Shown here piece by piece: positions 36,032-44,657 of a stretch of DNA of 64,000 nucleotides. The first letter of the stretch is position 1. Every line of letters starts with the position of its first letter. A program made the translations under genes and the position numbers. The notes under the pieces are model-generated. The model made no database searches. It saw only the letters and a program-made list of their open reading frames with translations, and was not told the origin of the DNA. This stretch comes from an uncultured Rickettsiales bacterium (GTDB taxonomy: Bacteria; Myxococcota_A; UBA796; UBA9615; CAYRNR01), in NCBI GenBank assembly GCA_964425605.1, contig CAYRNR010000028.1:2069-66068 (forward strand). The letters run 5' to 3'.

Positions 36032-36994
36032 CTACAGCGAGGCCTCGTCACGAGCATGCTCCGTCCGGACAGCAACCCGGAGCCGGGCGGAGCGCGCCCG
36101 TGGATTTCGGCCAACTTCCTCTGCCGAGGGCATCACGGCCCTCTTCTGCTTCCGCTTCAACAACGGCTTCTGCCCGCAGACACACAGCCCGAGATCAGGG
36201 GGGCAGGTACACGGATCCTCCTGCTTTTGCAGGAATCTCTTCACTTCACGGTCTTCCAACGAGTGGAAGGAAATCACCACCAGGCGTCCGCCCGGCTCGA
36301 GGAGGTCCACGGCCTGGGGGAGCGCGGCGCGGAGCTGATCCAGCTCCGCGTTCACGTAAAGTCTCAGCGCCTGGAACACCTTCGTGGCCGGGTGGCGACG
36401 CTTGCCCCTGCGGCCTCCGAGCGCCTTCGCCACCACCTCCGCCAGATCGGCGGTGCGGGCGAACGGCTCCTCGTCGCGCCGGCGGACGATGGCGCGCGCC
36501 ACCCGCCTGGACCCTCTCTCCTCGCCCAGCCTCCACAGGAGGTCGGCCAGCTCCCCCTCGGGGAGCGTGTTGACCAGATCCGCGGCCGTGGGGCCGCGGT
36601 CGGTCTCGTATCTCATGTCCAGGGGACCGTCTCGCAGGAAGGAGAAACCACGCCGAGGGTCGTCCAGCTGGTGGGAGCCCACGCCCAGGTCCATGTAGAT
36701 CCCCGCCAGAGATCCTCGACCCAGTCCATGTTCTCGCGCCTGCTCTGTCATCGCCCCGTACTCACTCCTCAGCACCCGCACCCGCTCTGCATACTTCGAA
36801 AGCCGCTTCTGCACTGCCTCCACTGCAACCGGGTCGCGATCCAGAGCCAGGAGAAGTCCCTTGTCTCCCAGCCCACTGGCCACCGCCTCTGCGTGGCCTC
36901 CCCAACCTGCGGTGGCGTCCAGGTAGAATCCGCCAGGCCTCACCTGGAGCGCCGCCAACGTCTCTTCGAGCAATACCGGGAGGTGTCCGACCAC
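36032..36994 (-). CDS. rsmH: 16S rRNA (cytosine1402-N4)-methyltransferase
   Basis: Contains HLPVLLEETL, YLDATAGWGGHAEA, ISFHSLEDR. Confidence 0.93.
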   Translation of the reverse strand: MVGHLPVLLEETLAALQVRPGGFYLDATAGWGGHAEAVASGLGDKGLLLALDRDPVAVEAVQKRLSKYAERVRVLRSEYGAMTEQAREHGLGRGSLAGIYMDLGVGSHQLDDPRRGFSFLRDGPLDMRYETDRGPTAADLVNTLPEGELADLLWRLGEERGSRRVARAIVRRRDEEPFARTADLAEVVAKALGGRRGKRRHPATKVFQALRLYVNAELDQLRAALPQAVDLLEPGGRLVVISFHSLEDREVKRFLQKQEDPCTCPPDLGLCVCGQKPLLKRKQKRAVMPSAEEVGRNPRARSARLRVAVRTEHARDEASL

Positions 36995-37001
36995 CCCCGC
37001 G

Positions 37002-37475
37002 TCAGTCCCCGTCTTCCATCGGGAAGACGAGGTCGTCCACGAAGTCGCCGACGTCCAGGTTCTCGGCCTCGGCCTGCTGACGCTTCTTCAGCCGGTCCGG
37101 ATCCCAGATCTCGAGGGTGTCCATGTAGGAGAGGACCACGGCCTTGTCGTCCAGCCCCGCCTTCTCGCGAAGGTGCTGGGGAATCAGGACGCGGCCCTGG
37201 CGGTCCACCTGGACCTCGGCGGCGATGCCGAGGAAGACCAGGGCGAAGGACCTCGCGCTGCGACTGAAACGGGGTTGCAGGGCCACTTTCTGCTCCAACT
37301 TGCGCCACTGCTTCTGCGTGTAGCCCTGCAACCCGCCGTCCCAGTACGTCACGACGATCGTGGGTTTCTCACCGTCCTTCGCCAGCCGCCTCAGGGACTT
37401 CCCCAGCCGCGAACCGAGGGCGATCCGCCCCCTGTCGTCGAAAACGCTGGTGTGTTGTCCCTGGACCCCGAGCAT
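37002..37475 (-). CDS. mraZ: Transcriptional regulator MraZ
   Basis: 157 aa with two DxxGR repeats (DDRGRIAL, DRQGRVLIP). First gene of the dcw cluster. Confidence 0.92.
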   Translation of the reverse strand: MLGVQGQHTSVFDDRGRIALGSRLGKSLRRLAKDGEKPTIVVTYWDGGLQGYTQKQWRKLEQKVALQPRFSRSARSFALVFLGIAAEVQVDRQGRVLIPQHLREKAGLDDKAVVLSYMDTLEIWDPDRLKKRQQAEAENLDVGDFVDDLVFPMEDGD

Positions 37476-37520
37476 GACCGCGTGCCTTCCCCACCAAACC
37501 CGCCAACTTCCGCCGCAACT

Positions 37521-37566
37521 CCCTACCTACAACCACTTCCAACCACGTGCACCCACACTACCCCAC
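37521..37566 (-). promoter_or_regulatory. Phased MraZ-box array (GTGG[GT][GT] every 10 bp)
   Basis: Minus strand: GTGGGG (37566-37561), GTGGGT (37556-37551), GTGGTT (37546-37541), GTGGTT (37536-37531), and a degenerate GTAGGG (37526-37521). Spacing is exactly 10 bp. The array lies 56-91 nt upstream of the mraZ ATG. Confidence 0.7.
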
Positions 37567-37788
37567 TTTCCCCCCGAAGGGGGAAAAACTTTGGGTTTTC
37601 TGGACGATTTAACCCTGCGGAATGGCTTGGTTTTTCGGCCCCCGAGCAGACTACCAGATCTTGGGGTCTCCGACCCTCGGCACCACTACATCTTGTGGTG
37701 CCTCGCCAGACCTGGCGGATTCCCTCCGAGGTACCCTCGCCAGGGCCCCCGAAAGGGGTAGAATCCCGGCCGTGAGCGAGACACGACC

Positions 37789-38244
37789 GTGACCAGTATC
37801 CGCCCCATCTGCACCAACCGCAAGGCTCGTCGCGAGTACGAGATCGGCGAGGTCATCGAGGCAGGGCTCGTCCTGCGTGGATCGGAGGTCAAGAGCCTCC
37901 GCGACGGCGGCGCCCACCTCAACGACGCGTACGTCCAGTTCCGCGATGGGGAGGCCTTCCTGGTGAGCGCGCACATCGCGCCGTACCGCCACGCGAACCG
38001 CCTCAACCACGAACCCCTGCGCGAGCGCAAGCTGCTGCTCCACGCCCGGGAGCTGCGCCGCCTGCAGAGCAAGGTGGCCGAGCGGGGGCTCACGCTGATC
38101 CCCCTGCGGATGTACTTCTGCGGGGCCCGCGCCAAGGTCGAGCTGGGCCTGGCGCGCGGCAAGAAGCTGCACGACAAGCGCGCCGACATCCGCAAGCGCG
38201 AGGCCGATCGGGACATGGAGCGCGCCATCCGGAGGCGCGAGTGA
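37789..38244 (+). CDS. smpB: SsrA-binding protein SmpB
   Basis: GTG start. Contains NRKARREYEIGEVIEAGLVLRGSEVKSLR...LLLHARELRRL...GLTLIPLRMYF. Confidence 0.92.
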   Translation: MTSIRPICTNRKARREYEIGEVIEAGLVLRGSEVKSLRDGGAHLNDAYVQFRDGEAFLVSAHIAPYRHANRLNHEPLRERKLLLHARELRRLQSKVAERGLTLIPLRMYFCGARAKVELGLARGKKLHDKRADIRKREADRDMERAIRRRE

Positions 38245-39089
38245 GGCGGGCCGCCCGGGTGGGGCTGGCGGCGGGGCTCCTCCTCGCGGCCACGGCGTCC
38301 GGCGCCCCCGACGTGCCGGGCGACGCGCCGGGTGACGTCCAGCGCGCCTGGGACGACGCGGCCGAGCGCGACCACCCCGGCTGGGAACCCGCCGACGGCG
38401 CCGGGGACGAGGCCCACGTCATCGCCGAGGCCGCCGCCCTCGAGCAGGCGTTCGACCTCGAGGGGGCCGCGACCCGCTTCCTGGCCGTCTGCGAGGACCT
38501 CCCCCACGACTGGAGCCGCTGGGTGTCCGCCTGCGAGGGCGCCGCCCGCACCGCGTTCGGGCTCGGCGACACGGACCGGGTGGACCGGGCGCTGCGCTCG
38601 CTGCTGATCCACCGCCCCGGCCACCCCATGGCGGCGGGCCGCTTCCCCCCGGACGTGCGGTCGCGGGCCGACGAGCTGCGCGACGCGATGCCCCTGGCGA
38701 CCCTCGAGGTGGCCGACACCGTGGCCGCGGTGATCCTGGACGGCGCCCCCCTCGGCGTCGCTCCGCTGCTCCTCGCCAACCTGCCCGCGGGGGCACACCG
38801 CGTGAGCTGCAACGGCTGGGACCACACCTTCGACGCGGCCAGCGGCGACGTCATCGCCCTGGTCTGCCCCCCGCCCGCCGTCCTCGACGATCCCCTCCCC
38901 TACATGCTCGCCAGCCCGGGCTCGGAGGTGACCCTCGCGGACGTCACATCCGGCGCCCATGGGATGGAATCCGGGACCTGGGTGTTCTACGGAGCCGATG
39001 GGGGTTGCGCGGTGCTCGTGCACGAGCCCACCACGGGCCCCGGGCCGTGGCTGCAGGCCGTCCGCCGCGTGCGCACGCCCGCGGATTGA
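38241..39089 (+). CDS. Secreted PEGA-domain protein
   Basis: The GTG start overlaps the smpB stop. Signal peptide MRRAARVGLAAGLLLAATASG. PEGA-like segment VILDGAPLGVAPLLLANLPAGAHRVSC. Confidence 0.55.
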   Translation: MRRAARVGLAAGLLLAATASGAPDVPGDAPGDVQRAWDDAAERDHPGWEPADGAGDEAHVIAEAAALEQAFDLEGAATRFLAVCEDLPHDWSRWVSACEGAARTAFGLGDTDRVDRALRSLLIHRPGHPMAAGRFPPDVRSRADELRDAMPLATLEVADTVAAVILDGAPLGVAPLLLANLPAGAHRVSCNGWDHTFDAASGDVIALVCPPPAVLDDPLPYMLASPGSEVTLADVTSGAHGMESGTWVFYGADGGCAVLVHEPTTGPGPWLQAVRRVRTPAD

Positions 39090-39121
39090 CACAACCCCTC
39101 GGAGGATGGAGTATCCCCCGG

Positions 39122-39655
39122 ATGCACGGGAATCGACGAACGTGGATCGCCTCGCTGCTCGCCCTGGGGCTGGGCGTGAGCGCGTGTTGTGGAGCGTCGG
39201 CGCCGGCGGGCACCGGCCTCGCCATCGGCGACCAGGCGCCCCCCTTCGACCTCCCCGACGTGTACGGCGTGCGCAGCCGCTCCCTCGAGGCGTTCGAGGG
39301 GCACGTGGTGCTGGTGAACTTCTGGGCCAGCTGGTGCATGCCGTGCCAGATGGAGATGCCCGAGCTCGAGGCCCTGTGGACCCGCTACCAGGACCAGGGC
39401 TTCACCATCGTCGGCATCAGCGTCGACGAGGATCAGCGAGACGCCGCGGCCTTCCTCGACGCCATGCCCGTGAGCTTCCCCGTGGCCTGGGACGACGAGG
39501 GCGAGGTGGGCCAGATCTACCGCGTGCACTCCCTGCCGCGGTCCATCCTCATCGACCGCCAGGGCCGCGTCCGCGGCCGGTACGACGGCTTCGACACCGA
39601 CACGTTCGACTCGCTGACCCGCGAGGTCGCCGGCCTCCTGGAGGAGACCCCATGA
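39122..39655 (+). CDS. TlpA-like thiol:disulfide oxidoreductase lipoprotein
   Basis: Track ORF 39005..39655, with start at MHGNRRTWIASLLALGLGVSAC. Thioredoxin fold with the redox motif WASWCMPC. Confidence 0.8.
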   Translation: MHGNRRTWIASLLALGLGVSACCGASAPAGTGLAIGDQAPPFDLPDVYGVRSRSLEAFEGHVVLVNFWASWCMPCQMEMPELEALWTRYQDQGFTIVGISVDEDQRDAAAFLDAMPVSFPVAWDDEGEVGQIYRVHSLPRSILIDRQGRVRGRYDGFDTDTFDSLTREVAGLLEETP

Positions 39656-39668
39656 GCGGGGAGCCCTC

Positions 39669-40943
39669 ATGAGACGTCACGTCATCGCCGGGACGCTGCT
39701 CGCGCTGGCCTGCGTCGGCATCTGGGGCGGCATCGACCTGACCGCCGAGCACCTCGCGGTGCTCACCAACCCAGACCACCACAGCTGGTGCACGGTCGAG
39801 GGCACGAAGTTCGACTGCGCCAAGGTGAGCCAGTCCCGCTGGGCCGAGCACCAGATCTTCCTCTTCACCTTCCCCCTGCCCACCTCGGTGCCCCCCATCG
39901 GCTTCTTCGTCGCCTTCGGCGCGCTGGTGCTCCTGGGCTGGTTCCGCCGCGGGGACGACAGCTACCGGGCCGCCCAGGCCCGGGACGACACCCTGGCCTT
40001 CGCCTGGCTGATGTTGCTGCCGGCCGCGGTGGTGGACCTGCTGCTCATCTACGTGATGCACCACGTCTTGCAGACCTGGTGCATCGTCTGCCTGACCCTG
40101 GACGTGGCCACGGCCCTGCTGCTGATCCTCACCCCGTTCGCCCGCTCCGTGGGGTGGAAGGGACTGTTCCGATCCGGCCTCGCCGGCGCCATGCGTCACT
40201 ACAACTGGGCCGTGATGGCCGTGCTGTTCTGCGTGACGGTCGTGACCGCCCAGTCCCTGTACGCCGGCGGGCTCCGCGAGGCCATCGCCGAGGAGCAGCG
40301 CACCTTCGTCGCCGAGTTCTTCACCCACGAGCCGACGCTGGGGGAGCTCCCCGCCGACGTGCCCCGCCTCGGCACGGCCGACGCCCCGTTCCACGTGGTG
40401 GAGTACGCCGACTTCGAGTGCCCGTACTGCGCGGTGTGCTCGGCGCGCATCCACGCCCTGCTCGAGGCCTACCCCGGGCAGATCGACTTCGTGTTCCGCC
40501 ACTTCCCGCTGGGCACCGACTGCAACCCGTACAACCGCAACAACATGCACCCGGACGCCTGCGCAGCCGCGTACGCGGCCGAGTGCGCCGGGCGCGAGGG
40601 CCAGTTCTGGCCCATGTACAACGGCCTGTTCACCCTGTTCGAGTCCAAGGGGCCCCGCGACAGCGTCGAGATCGAACAGATCCGCGAGCTGGCCCACGGG
40701 CTGGAGCTGCCCGCCACGGACTTCTTCTACTGCCTCGAGGACGACGCCATCCGCCAGGGCGTGATCGCGCAGGTGGAGGAGGGGCGCGCAGCGGGTGTCC
40801 GCGGGACCCCGGCCGTGTTCGTCAACGGCATCCTCCTGGGCGGGGGCGCGGCCGCGGCCCAGCGCCTGGAGCTCATCATCCGCGACCACCTGCGCGAGCA
40901 AGGAGTCGAGCTGGATGCCCCCGTCACGTACCCCGAATACTGA
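39669..40943 (+). CDS. VKOR-domain / DsbA-like thioredoxin fusion protein
   Basis: The N-terminal membrane domain has a loop Cys pair (SWCTVEGTKFDC) and an in-membrane CIVC. The C-terminal DsbA-like domain has ECPYC. Confidence 0.8.
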   Translation: MRRHVIAGTLLALACVGIWGGIDLTAEHLAVLTNPDHHSWCTVEGTKFDCAKVSQSRWAEHQIFLFTFPLPTSVPPIGFFVAFGALVLLGWFRRGDDSYRAAQARDDTLAFAWLMLLPAAVVDLLLIYVMHHVLQTWCIVCLTLDVATALLLILTPFARSVGWKGLFRSGLAGAMRHYNWAVMAVLFCVTVVTAQSLYAGGLREAIAEEQRTFVAEFFTHEPTLGELPADVPRLGTADAPFHVVEYADFECPYCAVCSARIHALLEAYPGQIDFVFRHFPLGTDCNPYNRNNMHPDACAAAYAAECAGREGQFWPMYNGLFTLFESKGPRDSVEIEQIRELAHGLELPATDFFYCLEDDAIRQGVIAQVEEGRAAGVRGTPAVFVNGILLGGGAAAAQRLELIIRDHLREQGVELDAPVTYPEY

Positions 40944-41886
40944 TTCCCCGCGCCGCTGGACGCGGATCTCCGCGGACGTCCCCGCCGCCGCATCCGACGC
41001 CGTCTCCGACGCCCTGCTCGACCTCGGCGCCACCGGCATCGCCGAGGAGTATCCGGAGCTGACCCAGGGCGGCCCCGCCGTCTCCACCAGCGCGTGGGCG
41101 CCGCCGCCCCCCGCGGCGAGGGAGACCGTCACCCTGCTGGCCTACCTCCCCGGCGACGTGCCCGCGGCGTCCCTGCTCGAACCCCTGCTGATGCGCCTAC
41201 GCGCCCTCGACGGGGTCTTCGCCGGGCTCGCCAACGTCGAGGTCCACGTGGAGGCCATCGAGGAGGAGGACTGGGGCAAGACCTGGCGCGCCCACTACGA
41301 GGCCGTGGAGGTGGGCCGGAGGCTGCTCGTGCGCCCCTCGTGGAAGCCCGCGGACCGTGGTCACGGCCGGCTCGAGGTCATCATCGATCCCTCCATGGCC
41401 TTCGGTACCGGCACCCACTTCACCACCGCGGGCTGCCTCGAGGCCCTCGAGGACGCCCTGGACGGCCGGCCCGGCGCCTCGGTCCTCGATCTGGGCACCG
41501 GCACCGGCATCCTCGCCATCGCCGCGGCCCGCCTCGGCGCGGGCCCGATCCTCGGCGTGGACACCGACGCCGAGGCCGTGGCCGTGGCGCAGCGCAACCT
41601 CGAGATCAACGGCGTCCAGCCCAGCGTCACCGTGCGCCACGGCGGCCTGGCCGGCGTGGATGGGACCTTCGACGTGGTCCTCGCCAACATCCTCGCCCCG
41701 GTCCTGTGCGACCTCGCCGGTGAGCTCGCCGCGCACATGAACCCGGGCGCGGCCCTCGTGGTGTCCGGTCTGCTCGTGGATCAGGAACGGGAGGTGCGCG
41801 CGGCGTTGACGGCCGCCGGCGTGGAGGTCACGCATCGCCGCAGCGATGGGGAGTGGGTCGCGCTGGAGGCTACTCTTTCTTCCTGA
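40915..41886 (+). CDS. prmA: Ribosomal protein L11 methyltransferase
   Basis: Distal part of track ORF 40795..41886. ATG 40915 is the only in-frame start before RRWTRISADVP. SAM motif VLDLGTGTGILAIAA, and also ANIL. Confidence 0.85.
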   Translation: MPPSRTPNTDSPRRWTRISADVPAAASDAVSDALLDLGATGIAEEYPELTQGGPAVSTSAWAPPPPAARETVTLLAYLPGDVPAASLLEPLLMRLRALDGVFAGLANVEVHVEAIEEEDWGKTWRAHYEAVEVGRRLLVRPSWKPADRGHGRLEVIIDPSMAFGTGTHFTTAGCLEALEDALDGRPGASVLDLGTGTGILAIAAARLGAGPILGVDTDAEAVAVAQRNLEINGVQPSVTVRHGGLAGVDGTFDVVLANILAPVLCDLAGELAAHMNPGAALVVSGLLVDQEREVRAALTAAGVEVTHRRSDGEWVALEATLSS

Positions 41887-43282
41887 CGCGGATCCCCTGC
41901 GGCGTGTCCTCGAGGATCCAGCCCGCCTCCCCCAGCTCGTCCCGCATCGCGTCCGCCGCGGCCCAGTCCTTGTCGGTCCGGGCCTGCTCCCGGCGCGCCA
42001 CCTTCTCCTTGACGTCCGCGGGCACGTCGAGCACCTCGGCCCGCACCTCGGCGAGGCGGAGCCCGAGGACGCGGTCCATGTCGTACAGGGTCTGCAGCAC
42101 CCGGGGCTCGCCGCGGCGGTTGGCCTCGCGCACCATCTCCAGCACCGTGGCCCAGGCCACCGGCATGTTCAGGTCGTCGTGGACCGCGCTGAGGAACTTC
42201 TCCACGTACTCGCCGGTCCACGCCTCGGCGCCCTGTTCGGCCTCCTCGGGCGCGTACCGCACGAACCCGTACAGCCCCTGCAGCGCCTTTTGCGCCGCGC
42301 GCACGGCCTTGATGTCGAAGGTCAGCGGCTGGCGGTAGCGGGCGCCGTAGCAGAACACCCGGTAGGCCATGGGGTTGATGCGCTGCTCCTTGAGCCCCGA
42401 CAGGGTCGAGATGTTGCCCAGCGACTTGCTCATCTTCCCCTCCTCGCCCGACCTGCTGGGCAGGGTGAGGAAGTTGGCGTGGACCCAGTAGCGCACGAAC
42501 TCGACGCCCGTGGCGCCCTCGCTCTGGGCGATCTCGTTGGTGTGGTGCACCGGGATGTGGTCGATGCCGCCGGAGTGGATGTCCAGGGTCTCGCCCAGGT
42601 AGTGCATGGACATGGCCGAGCACTCCAGGTGCCACCCCGGGTAGCCCCGGCCCCACGGCGAGTCCCACTGCATGATGTGGTTGGGCTGGTTGACCTTCCA
42701 CAGGGCGAAGTCGCTGGGGTTGCGCTTGTCCGGGTTGACGTCGACGCGGGCGCCCGCCTCCTGGCCGCCGATGTTGAGGCCGGCCATGTTGCCGTAGGCG
42801 CTGAACCGGGCGGTGTCGAAGTACACGGCCGAGTCGGTGGCGTAGGCGTAGCCGTTCTCCTCGAGACGCCGCACCAGATCGATCTGCTGGTCGATGTGAT
42901 CGGTGGCCTTCGGCATCACGTGCGGCTGCAGCAGGTTCAGGTCGTCCATGTCGGCGAGGAAGGCGTCGGTGTAGAACTGGGCGATCTCCCACGGCGTCTG
43001 GCCCCGCTCGCGGGCCGCCGCCTCCATCTTGTCCTCGCCCTCGTCCTCGTCCGTGGTCATGTGGCCCACGTCGGTGATGTTCATCACGTGGTTCACGTCG
43101 TAGCCGTCGTACTCCAGCAGCCGCCGCAGCACGTCGGTGAACACGTAGGTGCGCAGGTTCCCCAGGTGGGCGTACCCGTAGACGGTGGGGCCGCACGAGT
43201 AGTAGGTGACCTTCCCCGCTTCCAGCGGCTCGAAGGGGACGACGCGTCGTTGGTCGGTGTTGTAGATCCTCAGCTCGCGCAT
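41870..43282 (-). CDS. cysS: Cysteine--tRNA ligase
   Basis: Distal 470 codons of track ORF 41870..43519. Start MRELRIYNTDQRRVVPF. Contains the HIGH-type motif YAHLGNLR and KMSKS. Confidence 0.93.
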   Translation of the reverse strand: MRELRIYNTDQRRVVPFEPLEAGKVTYYSCGPTVYGYAHLGNLRTYVFTDVLRRLLEYDGYDVNHVMNITDVGHMTTDEDEGEDKMEAAARERGQTPWEIAQFYTDAFLADMDDLNLLQPHVMPKATDHIDQQIDLVRRLEENGYAYATDSAVYFDTARFSAYGNMAGLNIGGQEAGARVDVNPDKRNPSDFALWKVNQPNHIMQWDSPWGRGYPGWHLECSAMSMHYLGETLDIHSGGIDHIPVHHTNEIAQSEGATGVEFVRYWVHANFLTLPSRSGEEGKMSKSLGNISTLSGLKEQRINPMAYRVFCYGARYRQPLTFDIKAVRAAQKALQGLYGFVRYAPEEAEQGAEAWTGEYVEKFLSAVHDDLNMPVAWATVLEMVREANRRGEPRVLQTLYDMDRVLGLRLAEVRAEVLDVPADVKEKVARREQARTDKDWAAADAMRDELGEAGWILEDTPQGIRVRKKE

Positions 43283-43460
43283 GCCACACTCGCTCCTCGT
43301 GGGGCTCCATGATGGGGCCACCGTGGCGGCTACATTACCTCGCAGGACAGGGGCGTCAACCTCCCGCTGGTCCCAATTGAGCTTGCGTCGCGCGTGGGCG
43401 CCCGGATACATTGACGCTGGTCGAACAGGCCAGGGGCCCCATTCGGAAGGGATCGACGTG

Positions 43461-44537
43461 ATGAAGCGCTTTGCCTCAATCACCGTGTTCGTGGCGCTCG
43501 CAGCGAGCGTCGCCATCAACAGCGGCTGCCAGGACTACAACATGATCGGTCCGGGCGACTGGTCGCCCGAGGATCAGCCGGAGCAGCTCGGGGAGACCCA
43601 CCTCGAGGACATCTTCATCCAGCGCACCGCCGAGGCCAGCGACATCCTCTTCGTCGTGGACAACTCCTGCTCCATGCAAGAGGAGCAGCAGGCGCTGATG
43701 ACGAACTTCTGGAACTTCATCCAGTTCTTCGTCGATTCGGGCCTCGACTACCACATCGGCGTCACCGTCCTCGACGACTGGGCCACCCAGCCCCCCATCG
43801 GCCAGCTCTTCGGCACCACGCGGTACATCGAGCCCGCCACCCCCGACCCCATCGGCGCCTTCACCGCCAACATGACCATGGGCTCCGACGGCATGGGCTC
43901 GTGCGAGGTCGGCCTCGAGGCCAGCTACCGCGCCCTCACGCCGCCGCTGGTGGACGGCTACAACGCCGGCTTCTATCGCGACGACGCCCTGCTCTCCATC
44001 GTCGTCGTCTCCGACGAGATCGACGGCAGCATCTACGGCTGCGACGCCATCTCCTACATGGAGTACATCCCCTGGCTCACCACCTTGAAGGGCTCCCACT
44101 CCATCGACATGATCCACTTCGCCGCCATCGTCGGAGATCACCCCAACGGCTGCTCCAGCAGCTGGGGCGAGGCCGACCCCGGGCGGGGCTACTACGAGGT
44201 CTACACCGCCCTGGGTGACGACCACGCCACCTTCTTCAGCATCTGCAACCAGGACTGGGGCGACGTCATGACCCGCCTCGGCCTCGAGGCCGCCGGTCTC
44301 CGCACCTCCTTCCACCTCTCCCTCGTTCCCGTCGAGGGCACCCTCGAGGTCTTCCTCGACCTCGACGGCGACGACGGCCCCGACGAGGAGATCGAGATCT
44401 TCGAGGACGCCGACTACCTCACCGACTGGGCCTTCGTCTACAACCGCACCTCCAACAGCCTCGACTTCGTCTTCGAGACCATGCCGCCGGAGAGCGCCAA
44501 GCTCCGCGTGGTCTACCAGGTCGCCGAGGACGCATAG
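43461..44537 (+). CDS. vWA-like lipoprotein
   Basis: Track ORF 43281..44537, with start at MKRFASITVFVALAASVAINSGC (lipobox). MIDAS-type DxSxS motif in ILFVVDNSCSMQEEQ. Confidence 0.6.
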   Translation: MKRFASITVFVALAASVAINSGCQDYNMIGPGDWSPEDQPEQLGETHLEDIFIQRTAEASDILFVVDNSCSMQEEQQALMTNFWNFIQFFVDSGLDYHIGVTVLDDWATQPPIGQLFGTTRYIEPATPDPIGAFTANMTMGSDGMGSCEVGLEASYRALTPPLVDGYNAGFYRDDALLSIVVVSDEIDGSIYGCDAISYMEYIPWLTTLKGSHSIDMIHFAAIVGDHPNGCSSSWGEADPGRGYYEVYTALGDDHATFFSICNQDWGDVMTRLGLEAAGLRTSFHLSLVPVEGTLEVFLDLDGDDGPDEEIEIFEDADYLTDWAFVYNRTSNSLDFVFETMPPESAKLRVVYQVAEDA

Positions 44538-44657
44538 CTCTCAGCGCGCAGCGCTCCCCACCCGTTCCCGTTCCCGCACCCGTTCGGATTCCCCCTTCGC
44601 CCCTCTCCCCTCCCTTGTGAGACAATGCGCAGTCGAACCCGTGCATAGGACCGCCCC

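Noticed and set aside
37571-37583. CCCCC-GAA-GGGGG hairpin flanked by T/A runs, which superficially resembles a terminator.
   Set aside because: It lies between divergently transcribed mraZ and smpB, so no transcript arrives to be terminated. It is more likely part of the mraZ regulatory region or 5' leader.
37759-37764. TAGAAT as a -10 element for smpB.
   Set aside because: There is no acceptable -35 or TG extension at the right spacing. It is too weak to call.
37476-37788. Possible tmRNA (ssrA) or other ncRNA in the 313-bp gap next to smpB. A TCTGGACGA string faintly resembles the tmRNA 5' region.
   Set aside because: There is no 5' GGGG acceptor start, no T-arm (GGTTCGAATCC-like) and no 3' CCA-proximal acceptor complement. 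The region is also too short once the MraZ boxes and promoters are accounted for.
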